From positions 1 to 60,335 of IMG/VR virus record IMGVR_UViG_3300047553_000096: a stretch of DNA of 60,335 bases; one strand, 5' to 3'. Both the position numbers and the translations under genes were made by a program. This DNA is from a virus (Duplodnaviria; Caudoviricetes). The notes beneath the pieces were generated by a model. That model searched no databases. It was not told the origin of the DNA and saw only the letters and a list, made by a program, of their open reading frames with translations. Below, in pieces: positions 18,370 through 25,628 of this stretch (its first letter is position 1; each line of letters starts with the position of its first letter).

Positions 18370-19626
18370 TTAGACCACCCAAGATACGTTAGGTTTCAGA
18401 GGTTTAGACCAAGATGTTGTCTCGGACATACCAACTGCTAAATACCGAAATGCGTCAGAAGCATGAGATGCCCAATCGTGAAGAGGCTTATCCCAGTAAA
18501 CTTGACGCTTATCGTCGTATTGTCTCCGATAATTGCGTAGCGCGTCCACTCCACGCTTAGTCTTGGAGTCGAACCAACAATAAGGAATCAGCCTTCTCAC
18601 GGCCTGTATCCCATCGTCAACACCCATTCTCGGCACAATCGTGATGTTTAGCCCTGCTTCTTGTAGGAGTTCTAGCCTAGATCTTCCTGATCCTAGCTCT
18701 CTGACTTGCACATCGTGAGGCAGTAACTGCTCGGCTAATTCGTAGTGATTCGTTCTCAGCCAGTTCACATACCAATCGAGTCCCTGACCGTGGTTCTCTA
18801 CAAAGTCAATAAGTCGTGTCTCTAGACCTACTCTCTGGCAAACCCAGATCGCAGTGGAGTCGCCTATCCCTAAGTCCCAGGCTGCGTAAGTCTTGGCTAG
18901 TCCGTCTACAGGTATGTCGTGGAATCGTTCAGACGGTAGCTCATTGAGAAGTTGCCCGTAGTAACTTCCTTCGATGGCACTGTCAAAGGAACACTCAAAC
19001 TCCTGTAAGTACTTATCGTCTCCCATCTCGGACTTGGCTGCATCGAGTTCAGTCTGAGGGATAAGACCTGTCTCAGACGCTCTGAACTCAAGCAAGGCCC
19101 AATCGTTATGCTGCTCTGCATGGTCTCTCAGGGTCTTAAAGTGGTTGTTTCCTTTGGGTGTTCCGAGGAATAACGCCCATCCCATCCTGTCTGATAAGGC
19201 CGGACGAACCACTTCCGACCAAATTTTAGGGTTCTGGTCTCCGAATTCGTCGAATACAACGCCGTCAAAATACTGTCCTCGCAGAGAGTCTGGGTTATCA
19301 GACCCCGCAAGTTGGATGCGTCTACCCCAGAAATCAACCCTAAGTTCTGCAATATTGGCAATGGCGTTAAGGGGCTCGGTAAACTTGAGGAGGTAATCCC
19401 AGATAACTCGTTTTGTCTGAGAGTAGGTAGGCCCAATAAACGCATATCTTGGAGCCTCCTTCGTATTCTCTATCGCTGCTCTAATGAGATGGTTAACAGC
19501 AGAGACTGATTTCCCCATACGGCGGTGAGCCACAACAACCCCGAATCGCTTGTCTGCAAGCGCATGGTGGATCTGTAGCTGTTGCGCTCGCGGTGCATAC
19601 GGAATGATTATTCTGGTTGCGCCCAT
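18370..19626 (-). CDS. terL: Terminase large subunit
   Basis: Walker A HRRMGKS, Walker B VVFDE, GTPKG motif, nuclease WDLG and HASDAFRY. Confidence 0.92.
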   Translation of the reverse strand: MGATRIIIPYAPRAQQLQIHHALADKRFGVVVAHRRMGKSVSAVNHLIRAAIENTKEAPRYAFIGPTYSQTKRVIWDYLLKFTEPLNAIANIAELRVDFWGRRIQLAGSDNPDSLRGQYFDGVVFDEFGDQNPKIWSEVVRPALSDRMGWALFLGTPKGNNHFKTLRDHAEQHNDWALLEFRASETGLIPQTELDAAKSEMGDDKYLQEFECSFDSAIEGSYYGQLLNELPSERFHDIPVDGLAKTYAAWDLGIGDSTAIWVCQRVGLETRLIDFVENHGQGLDWYVNWLRTNHYELAEQLLPHDVQVRELGSGRSRLELLQEAGLNITIVPRMGVDDGIQAVRRLIPYCWFDSKTKRGVDALRNYRRQYDDKRQVYWDKPLHDWASHASDAFRYLAVGMSETTSWSKPLKPNVSWVV

Positions 19627-19913
19627 GACACTTGCATTTGGACAGGTTGACCGTCAGTTCCCGTTACCTCTGTTCGCGCTAATTTAGGTATGTGGTACTC
19701 GATTGCTCTCAGGTAGATGTCGCAAGCCTTCTCTGGGCTCTTCTGAGCCACTTCATCCAACCACATTGCGAACCTCGGAGCGTTCATCTCAGCCATTTTC
19801 GCAATAGCTTCTCTCACCGCAGCAGTGGACTTATTAGGCGAACCCTTTGGCCTCCCATTGCCAGCAGCCGGTGGAATCTTTTTCTCAGTATCTTCAGATT
19901 GTTTAGTGTCCAT
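19608..19913 (-). CDS. terS: Terminase small subunit (type A)
   Basis: GRPKGSPNK motif; overlaps the TerL start; ends G.DGQPV...SWAQPE. Confidence 0.65.
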   Translation of the reverse strand: MDTKQSEDTEKKIPPAAGNGRPKGSPNKSTAAVREAIAKMAEMNAPRFAMWLDEVAQKSPEKACDIYLRAIEYHIPKLARTEVTGTDGQPVQMQVSWAQPE

Positions 19914-19934
19914 TCGTTGTTTGTTTGCAACAGA

Positions 19935-21032
19935 TTACTGACCTAATAAACCTGATCTCATAAGCTCTTCTTCGTCTATGACTACAGGCCTTCCGTTTAC
20001 TTCCATAATCCTTAGCTTGCTTTCTTCTCCTGGAAATACTACGAAGTTACTTGTACCTTTCTTAGCCGCTCTTGATCCTTCATCTAAGTAACGTATTCCT
20101 GGAATCCCTAACTCAGTAAGATGTCCAGATGCGCTAGCTCCATGAGGAGAACCGCCCCAATAAAACTCGTAATAATCCCTTCCTGTCCTGCCTTTCATTT
20201 GTTCCCAAGATTTGTCAGGCATTTGAGAGCGAATAGCCTTCTGAACATAATCATTTTGCTGACTCAGCGGCTTATCCCAATCTAGCATCTTTGCTATTTG
20301 TTCGTCTGGTAGGTCTACTGTGTAAAGGGAGCCTTTAGTTGACTCTGAATAAACAGGTAGTTTTCCTGACTTTATGAACGGCAGTTCTTCTTGTTTAGAT
20401 TTTGCTAGCTCATCAGCCCACTGAACATTTCTTGATTTGAGGTCTTTTATTTGCTGGTTGTAACTAGCTACTATGTCTTTAATTGCTACATCACCGCCTC
20501 TTTGTTTTACTTCAAGTGCCGCACGATGAGCAGGATTTGTAGGATTGAAAGGCTTACCATCAACCAACATATCGAAATCAGACAAACTCTCTTGATATTG
20601 TTTAGCTACCGCAGGGTTCTCGGCAAAATAAAGGCCATGCCCGTACGCTTGTGCGCCTTCCCCAGTTCCTATTTTTTTTGACTCAAACTTACTAAACCTA
20701 TGCGGCGAACCATGAAACACAGTAAGCGGACTCAACAAACTTCCTGCTCGCTGTGCGCTTGCCATCGTAGAAGCAGCAGCAAAGGGTAATACCGACCCGT
20801 ACAGTTGACTAGCAACACTTGCCTGCTCGCCTAGTCTGTAAGCCTCAGACATCTTCTGAGCCTCTGGGTCCATCACTGAGTAAGTAGGTTGCCTACCCGT
20901 AAACCCTAGCAATCCCTGCGCGATAGGACTTGTCTGACCGTACCCTGGCAGCGAACTTACGCCCCTCGGTAGTTGCTCAGGCAGCGGAGGAAGAAACTTC
21001 TCCTCATCTAGCAGTCCTTTTCTACGCTTCAC
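19935..21032 (-). CDS. 91-aa leader fused to an ADP-ribosyltransferase-like (ART-PolyVal-like) domain
   Basis: VFHGSPHRF..F...KIGTGEGAQAYGHGLYFAEN..VAKQY, GIPGIRYLD and NFVVF motifs. Confidence 0.7.
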   Translation of the reverse strand: MKRRKGLLDEEKFLPPLPEQLPRGVSSLPGYGQTSPIAQGLLGFTGRQPTYSVMDPEAQKMSEAYRLGEQASVASQLYGSVLPFAAASTMASAQRAGSLLSPLTVFHGSPHRFSKFESKKIGTGEGAQAYGHGLYFAENPAVAKQYQESLSDFDMLVDGKPFNPTNPAHRAALEVKQRGGDVAIKDIVASYNQQIKDLKSRNVQWADELAKSKQEELPFIKSGKLPVYSESTKGSLYTVDLPDEQIAKMLDWDKPLSQQNDYVQKAIRSQMPDKSWEQMKGRTGRDYYEFYWGGSPHGASASGHLTELGIPGIRYLDEGSRAAKKGTSNFVVFPGEESKLRIMEVNGRPVVIDEEELMRSGLLGQ

Positions 21033-21325
21033 TTTTTGTTCCTCGCCGAGATAGCCTTTGCCTTTGCTTTCGCATCAGCCTTAGAACTTGCGCCCCATGC
21101 TTTTAGGCTCAAAAGCAGCCTGGTAGGGCTTCCATCAGGTTTTCTCTCTGGGCCTGGCATGTTACCCATTCTCGCTAAGAAACTCGCTCTACGCGGGTTA
21201 TCGCCGCTTTTAACAGGAGCCTTTAGGTTAGATCCAGGGTTCGCAGCCTCGTAAGACTTCCGGCCCTTTTCGTTGAGGCCACCCTTAGCGTTCTTACCCT
21301 CTTTCCTAGTCCAAGCGGCAGTCAT
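21029..21325 (-). CDS. Small basic protein (DUF6321-like)
   Basis: AWTRKEGKN.KGGLN.KGR.SY and RRASF.ARM motifs; near-identical at 56199-56495. Confidence 0.7.
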   Translation of the reverse strand: MTAAWTRKEGKNAKGGLNEKGRKSYEAANPGSNLKAPVKSGDNPRRASFLARMGNMPGPERKPDGSPTRLLLSLKAWGASSKADAKAKAKAISARNKK

Positions 21326-21477
21326 TTTTTAGCCGTTTTTGCTGATTCTTTGAAAGCCTTAGCCGTAGGCGCTCCAGGACTCCCAGGCTTACGCATACGC
21401 TCAGGAGTCTTGCCAGCAGCTTTCTGTTTTTCTATACGCTCGCGTTTAGCGTGGATGTTTGCGTATAAACCTTTCAT
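21322..21477 (-). CDS. Small basic protein, 51 aa (not in the ORF track)
   Basis: MKGLYANIHAKRERIEKQKAAGKTPERMRKPGSPGAPTAKAFKESAKTAKK; ATGA overlaps at both ends; conserved at 56492-56647. Confidence 0.8.
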   Translation of the reverse strand: MKGLYANIHAKRERIEKQKAAGKTPERMRKPGSPGAPTAKAFKESAKTAKK

Positions 21478-21626
21478 TTCTTTTTAGCCTTTCCTGCCTC
21501 AGATAAGGCAATAGCAATAGCCTGCTTCGGGTTTGTTACCTCTGGGCCTTTCTTGCTCCCTGAGTGCAACTTACCCTTTTTGAACTCAGTCATCACTTTC
21601 GAGATCTTCTTCTCCGCCTTCTTCAT
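21474..21626 (-). CDS. Small basic protein (DUF6496-like), 50 aa
   Basis: KISKVM.EFK.GKLHSGS..GP.VTNPKQAIAIALSEA; start placed at ATG 21626. Confidence 0.7.
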   Translation of the reverse strand: MKKAEKKISKVMTEFKKGKLHSGSKKGPEVTNPKQAIAIALSEAGKAKKK

Positions 21627-21972
21627 CGCCCATCTCCCAAGAAGCGCAAGACTTGTCCGGCGCACACATAAAGTTCCACTGATGGCAATAACCCGCGCCT
21701 TCTGGCAGGCAATCTTCCATGTCCATGTCGAAGTATTCGCAATTACCGCAACGCCTTTCTTGAGCCTGGCTTGCAGAGATACGCCACTTTGCGCCTAGAT
21801 CCCGCCAGAACTGCGTATCGCCCTCTCGTTCAGGGCCATACATTGCTTTCTCTTTTGCGATTGCTTTGTTCTCTTCGTTCAAAGCCTCGTCTTGCGTTGG
21901 AAGCGGACAACTCTCGTCCTCATCGCTTTGCTTCACAACAATCATCACTTTAGGGGAAAGCAAGCCTTTCAT
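21586..21972 (-). CDS. Cys-cluster protein, possibly metal or Fe-S binding
   Basis: RCGNC.YF...GYC..WNFMC....SC..W; homolog at 56753-57142. Confidence 0.65.
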   Translation of the reverse strand: MKGLLSPKVMIVVKQSDEDESCPLPTQDEALNEENKAIAKEKAMYGPEREGDTQFWRDLGAKWRISASQAQERRCGNCEYFDMDMEDCLPEGAGYCHQWNFMCAPDKSCASWEMGDEEGGEEDLESDD

Positions 21973-22097
21973 TTCTTTTCCTTGGGTTGTAAAGGAATGC
22001 CTACTTTCCTGTCATACCTGATAGGAACAGGAGGCACTTTTAGCTTGTAGGGAGACGGTAATGCTTTGCTATCCCTGGTTCGTTTTTCCACAGCCAT
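21969..22097 (-). CDS. 42-aa micro-ORF (not in the ORF track)
   Basis: AAGGAGG RBS 7 nt upstream; MAVEKRTRDSKALPSPYKLKVPPVPIRYDRKVGIPLQPKEKK; conserved at 57139-57270. Confidence 0.65.
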   Translation of the reverse strand: MAVEKRTRDSKALPSPYKLKVPPVPIRYDRKVGIPLQPKEKK

Positions 22098-22732
22098 GCT
22101 GCTGCCTCCTTGATGTTCTTGGAGTCGTCCTTGCCCACCGTTTGACTGCCCGCGTGGTGAACGTAACTCCTTGAAACAAAATGCTTAAAGTCACATACCG
22201 TAAGTGTATGACAAAAGACGTTATCTGAAAACCAGTTGATCGGCGGAAACCTAACCGCTTGGAAGGCTTCCTTCGTGATGTAAGCAAAGATCGGCGCAAT
22301 AACGCTCGTCTCTTTGATCGTCTGTTCTTCCGCCCACTTTATCCCATATCTTGCACCGCCCTCGAACCGGATATTCTGGGCCTCTAAGATATTGTCAGAC
22401 CTCGCCCCCAAAACCCCGATCTTATGCCCCGCCTTCTGTAGATGCTCTGCATCCTCAAGAATGAGTCTATAAGAGTCTGGAGTCAGGCAGATGTCGTCGT
22501 TGGCAATGATGACTGCATCGTGGTATTGGAATGCGTCGTCCATGATCCGGTTGTAAGCATCACCGAAGTTACCCGCCGAGTTGAGTACCCACTTGTAAAT
22601 TCGTTCGTCCATTGTCTCGGCCCGACTTGACAGATATATAGGCGCTTCTTTGGCGTAAAGACGGATGCTCGACAACGTGATTTCAAGACTTGGACTCCCT
22701 ACCGTACAAATGAGTATCGGAACTTTTTTCAT
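22040..22732 (-). CDS. GT2-like glycosyltransferase
   Basis: NFGDAYN, IIANDDI, WFSDN and YVHHAGSQT motifs. Confidence 0.7.
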   Translation of the reverse strand: MKKVPILICTVGSPSLEITLSSIRLYAKEAPIYLSSRAETMDERIYKWVLNSAGNFGDAYNRIMDDAFQYHDAVIIANDDICLTPDSYRLILEDAEHLQKAGHKIGVLGARSDNILEAQNIRFEGGARYGIKWAEEQTIKETSVIAPIFAYITKEAFQAVRFPPINWFSDNVFCHTLTVCDFKHFVSRSYVHHAGSQTVGKDDSKNIKEAAAWLWKNEPGIAKHYRLPTS

Positions 22733-23384
22733 ACTCCGCCATCCTATGGTGGGCTACCACCTGAAAGTATTTGTTATCCATGAGGTTTTCTGTACAAACA
22801 TTAACCTCTAACCCGTTTCTGTCCGCAATGATCGGAAACGACAGTTGATCCTGTAGCGTCCACTTCATCATTTCGATCCACCAGTCTTGATTAGCCTGGG
22901 GATTGATGTAACTTCGCTTCCAACATAGAACCCCACCAGCAATAAGACCTGAGTCCTCCGGCCAGCCTTGTTCCCGATAGTGCTCGACCTGAGCGAGAAC
23001 AGGCTGATCTCGATACTTGACCATATCCCAACACTCTCCGGCCTCTTGGTAAATACAAGTCCTCCAAGGATGATGGAACGCTGCCATCGTATCTCCTGCT
23101 TGGTCGATCATGTAAGCCACAAACTCAGGGCTCGTGATTCTTATCGACCCATCGACCCAAATCACATAGTCCTCGGCGAACTCCAACTTGTCTGGAAACA
23201 CCTTGAACCACTTAGCGTCCATGCGTGGATCTGCAAAGCGTCTGCTTGTGATGACTTGCTGCCATCCTTGTGGCTCTCTAGCACCGTCTAGGATCGCGTA
23301 GAACGCCGTAGGAACGCTTTGCCTGACCGCGTAGTGCAACGGGTCATAGTTACCAAAGATCGCCGTGTAGACCGCCGCTTTCAT
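22683..23384 (-). CDS. DUF616 (TOD1/MUCI70-like) glycosyltransferase-like protein
   Basis: VYTAIFGNYD, IWVDGSI, HP.RTCIY.E and DQLSF motifs. Confidence 0.7.
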   Translation of the reverse strand: MKAAVYTAIFGNYDPLHYAVRQSVPTAFYAILDGAREPQGWQQVITSRRFADPRMDAKWFKVFPDKLEFAEDYVIWVDGSIRITSPEFVAYMIDQAGDTMAAFHHPWRTCIYQEAGECWDMVKYRDQPVLAQVEHYREQGWPEDSGLIAGGVLCWKRSYINPQANQDWWIEMMKWTLQDQLSFPIIADRNGLEVNVCTENLMDNKYFQVVAHHRMAEYEKSSDTHLYGRESKS

Positions 23385-23413
23385 ACAAAAAAACGCCCAA
23401 CGTCGCGTCGGGC
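23385..23413 (-). terminator. Rho-independent terminator
   Basis: Minus strand: GCCCGACG-CGA-CGTTGGGC-GT7; the copy 2 hairpin keeps its pairing despite substitutions. Confidence 0.7.
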
Positions 23414-23436
23414 AAAGGAGGGGAAGGAGCCAACTT

Positions 23437-23625
23437 TCATTTTAGCCCATACCTTATTTCTTTGAGAATCTCTTCTGCTTGCAGTCTTAGGTCTATGGCT
23501 TTCCTGTGTAGCTCTACAGACAGATTGACAATTGCTAAGGCTCGTTGCTCTAACGCACTTGTTGACTGTGCCTGCTCGATGATGTCTTGTGCGGCACTCA
23601 TGGCTGCTGCTTCGTTTAGATTCAT
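23437..23625 (-). CDS. Hypothetical protein, 62 aa
   Basis: Homolog at 58609-58791 (LELH...IDLRLQAEE-like motif). Confidence 0.7.
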   Translation of the reverse strand: MNLNEAAAMSAAQDIIEQAQSTSALEQRALAIVNLSVELHRKAIDLRLQAEEILKEIRYGLK

Positions 23626-23957
23626 GCGACCCTCAAATTAAACGGATTATTAAAGAAATTGATGTCTACGCCTTCTTCTTGCTTGGGTTTCGATAAGACA
23701 GGCTTGAACTTCTTCTTCGGCCTGGATACCTTCTTAGCCTCGTACTCGTCCTTGACCCACTCCCAAACACGTTCCTTGGTAAACGGGTCTATCCTAAACG
23801 AAGTTTTTATGCAGCCTTTCTTTAGCAGAGCGTTTAGACAGTTCACGGTCGTTTGCTTGTCGATCTTTGTCTGTAGCCTAACTGACTTCAAGTCAGCAGG
23901 TGTTTTACGCTTTTTCAGATAAGTCAGAATCTTCTTTTGCTCGTCAGTCATTGTCAT
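23622..23957 (-). CDS. Winged-helix DNA-binding protein
   Basis: wHTH-like pattern (KILTYLK...TTVNCLNALLKKG); ends NNPFNLRVA. Confidence 0.55.
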   Translation of the reverse strand: MTMTDEQKKILTYLKKRKTPADLKSVRLQTKIDKQTTVNCLNALLKKGCIKTSFRIDPFTKERVWEWVKDEYEAKKVSRPKKKFKPVLSKPKQEEGVDINFFNNPFNLRVA

Positions 23958-24321
23958 CCCCGTATCTTAGTGACCACTCTCCACTGCGAAGCATCAATTC
24001 AAGCCTCGCCATTGCGTTCCATGCAACGTGTGCAGCGTGTAGCAATTGTGTATCTCTGTCGTAACCATCTTCGTTTTCTGCAAGTATGTGCCTGTACATA
24101 GCATTGGTGTAACGTTGTTCGCCTTGCTCTACATGCAGCCAGCCCCCATAAGAATACTTCCTAGCCCCGTATTCACTGACAGCTATCACTGCATTCAAAG
24201 CCCTAAACATATCTTCAAACACTAGCGATGGCCTTTGTTTTTCTGCATCTAGTTTTGCCCCAAGAGCGTGTTGATCTAATCCTTTAGGATCTCTTTCTTT
24301 CATATTGTGATCGCCACTCAT
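23944..24321 (-). CDS. DUF5664-like dATP/dGTP diphosphohydrolase-domain protein
   Basis: GAKLD..K, V..YGARKY...GW, A.YRH and D.DT.LLH.AH.AWNA motifs. Confidence 0.7.
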   Translation of the reverse strand: MSGDHNMKERDPKGLDQHALGAKLDAEKQRPSLVFEDMFRALNAVIAVSEYGARKYSYGGWLHVEQGEQRYTNAMYRHILAENEDGYDRDTQLLHAAHVAWNAMARLELMLRSGEWSLRYGDDND

Positions 24322-24554
24322 GTGTTCTTCTCCTTCAGCTTGGCCTCAATGGCTGCCAAAAGGCCAAATATTCCATAATCCCCGTCTTTAAGAACTGCAT
24401 CTATAAAACCTTTTTTTTCCGCATCCGTCAGCCCAACCCATTCCTTCTTTTGTGGTTTGCTTGAAATACAGGTAACCGTATAAGGCCTGCCACACTGGCA
24501 ACTCCATGCCACAGGCCCGTCTGCTGGTGTCTTTGCGTTTTTGTTTTCGCTCAT
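24318..24554 (-). CDS. Cassette protein (WVGLT...AIEAKLKEKNT family)
   Basis: Start re-placed at MSENKNAKTPAD (ATGA overlap); paralog of 24973-25278. Confidence 0.7.
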   Translation of the reverse strand: MSENKNAKTPADGPVAWSCQCGRPYTVTCISSKPQKKEWVGLTDAEKKGFIDAVLKDGDYGIFGLLAAIEAKLKEKNT

Positions 24555-24976
24555 GCTAAGAACTCCTTGATAACCTCGTACACATCCGTGCGTCCGTGCT
24601 GGTCGTTTAAGCGTATGTCCCACCCGGCGTAGCGCATCTCTTTCTCAACCCATCGCAGAAGCGCATGGGCTTTATCTGAATCCCTTATGATCGCATCTCG
24701 CTCATCGCATACGGCTTCGTAAGCCTTTTCCCATACATTCAATCGGCGCAGTTCGTCGGCGGCTTCTCCGCATAGACCCGTGTGGCTGAATTGCACGTCA
24801 AGTTCTTCTAGCGCATCAGCCAGCACTAAGGCTGATGTGTCGTCGGCATCGACAAGTGCTTGGCGTAAAACGGCAATGGCTTCGATGTAGTAATTTTTAT
24901 CGCCTGTTTCCATCAGCATCTCTGCGCTTGCATCCTCCAGCACCTCTATCGCTTCTTCAATAGCTTCTCTGCTCAT
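24551..24976 (-). CDS. Hypothetical protein, 141 aa
   Basis: ATGA-coupled on both sides; LADALE...AADELRRL motif. Confidence 0.7.
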   Translation of the reverse strand: MSREAIEEAIEVLEDASAEMLMETGDKNYYIEAIAVLRQALVDADDTSALVLADALEELDVQFSHTGLCGEAADELRRLNVWEKAYEAVCDERDAIIRDSDKAHALLRWVEKEMRYAGWDIRLNDQHGRTDVYEVIKEFLA

Positions 24977-25278
24977 GTGTTCTTCTCCCGCAGCTTGGCT
25001 TCAATGGCTCGGGCAAGTATTCCAGCGAGGTCGGCCGAAATCACGCAGTTATGTTCCTCAAAAGTTTTCTTTGCTTCCTCATCCGTCAGCCCAACCCATT
25101 GCTTTGGTGGTGCGGTGTAGAGGGGAACGCCATTTAAGGTCAACGGTGCGTCAAGGTCTTGTACCAGTGGTTTGCGTTGTTCTTTTGATAGCGGACCCTC
25201 GTAAGCGGGCATTCCGTTGCACCACGCATCAGGCTGACCGTCATCCGCCGGTGTTTTTGCGTTCTTGTTTTCACTCAT
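24973..25278 (-). CDS. Cassette protein (WVGLT...KNT family)
   Basis: PLYTAPP.QWVGLTDEE...ARAIEAKLREKNT. Confidence 0.7.
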   Translation of the reverse strand: MSENKNAKTPADDGQPDAWCNGMPAYEGPLSKEQRKPLVQDLDAPLTLNGVPLYTAPPKQWVGLTDEEAKKTFEEHNCVISADLAGILARAIEAKLREKNT

Positions 25279-25628
25279 GTGTTCTTCTCCTTCAAGGCTT
25301 GCTCAAGTACTCTCGCTACATCTAGCCAACCGCCACCCTCAAGCACGTAATCGATCGCTTCCCAAACTTCGTGATCCGTCAGACTGACCCATTCACGGGG
25401 TGCAGCGTAGAGTTTTGCGCCAACCTCAATGCCACTTGCATCATCCCAGGCAACACAAGGTCTACCGTTTGGTTCAATCCGGTAAACGTGAGCTACAGGA
25501 TTTGGTTCCCAACTCTCACACTCACACACATACCTGTCAGCGTTGTGTGATGCGTCACGCATGAAGCCATGAGGTGCATCTGGATGCGGGTTGCATTGCA
25601 ACCTGTCAGTCATCTGTCTTTTCTTCAT
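25275..25628 (-). CDS. Cassette protein (WVSLT...KEKNT family)
   Basis: LYAAPREWVSLTD.E...LKEKNT; N-terminal PDAPHGF.R..SH...RYVCECE module. Confidence 0.7.
   Translation of the reverse strand: MKKRQMTDRLQCNPHPDAPHGFMRDASHNADRYVCECESWEPNPVAHVYRIEPNGRPCVAWDDASGIEVGAKLYAAPREWVSLTDHEVWEAIDYVLEGGGWLDVARVLEQALKEKNT

Noticed and set aside
19935-21032. MuF polymorphic toxin with immunity gene
   Set aside because: No MuF motif recognisable in the leader, and the downstream gene is TerS rather than an immunity protein.
163-23922. Many plus-strand and alternate-frame ORFs in the track (e.g. 11953-12822, 3175-3696, 16916-17395) and their copy 2 equivalents
   Set aside because: Shadows of tightly coupled minus-strand genes, with no recognisable motifs.
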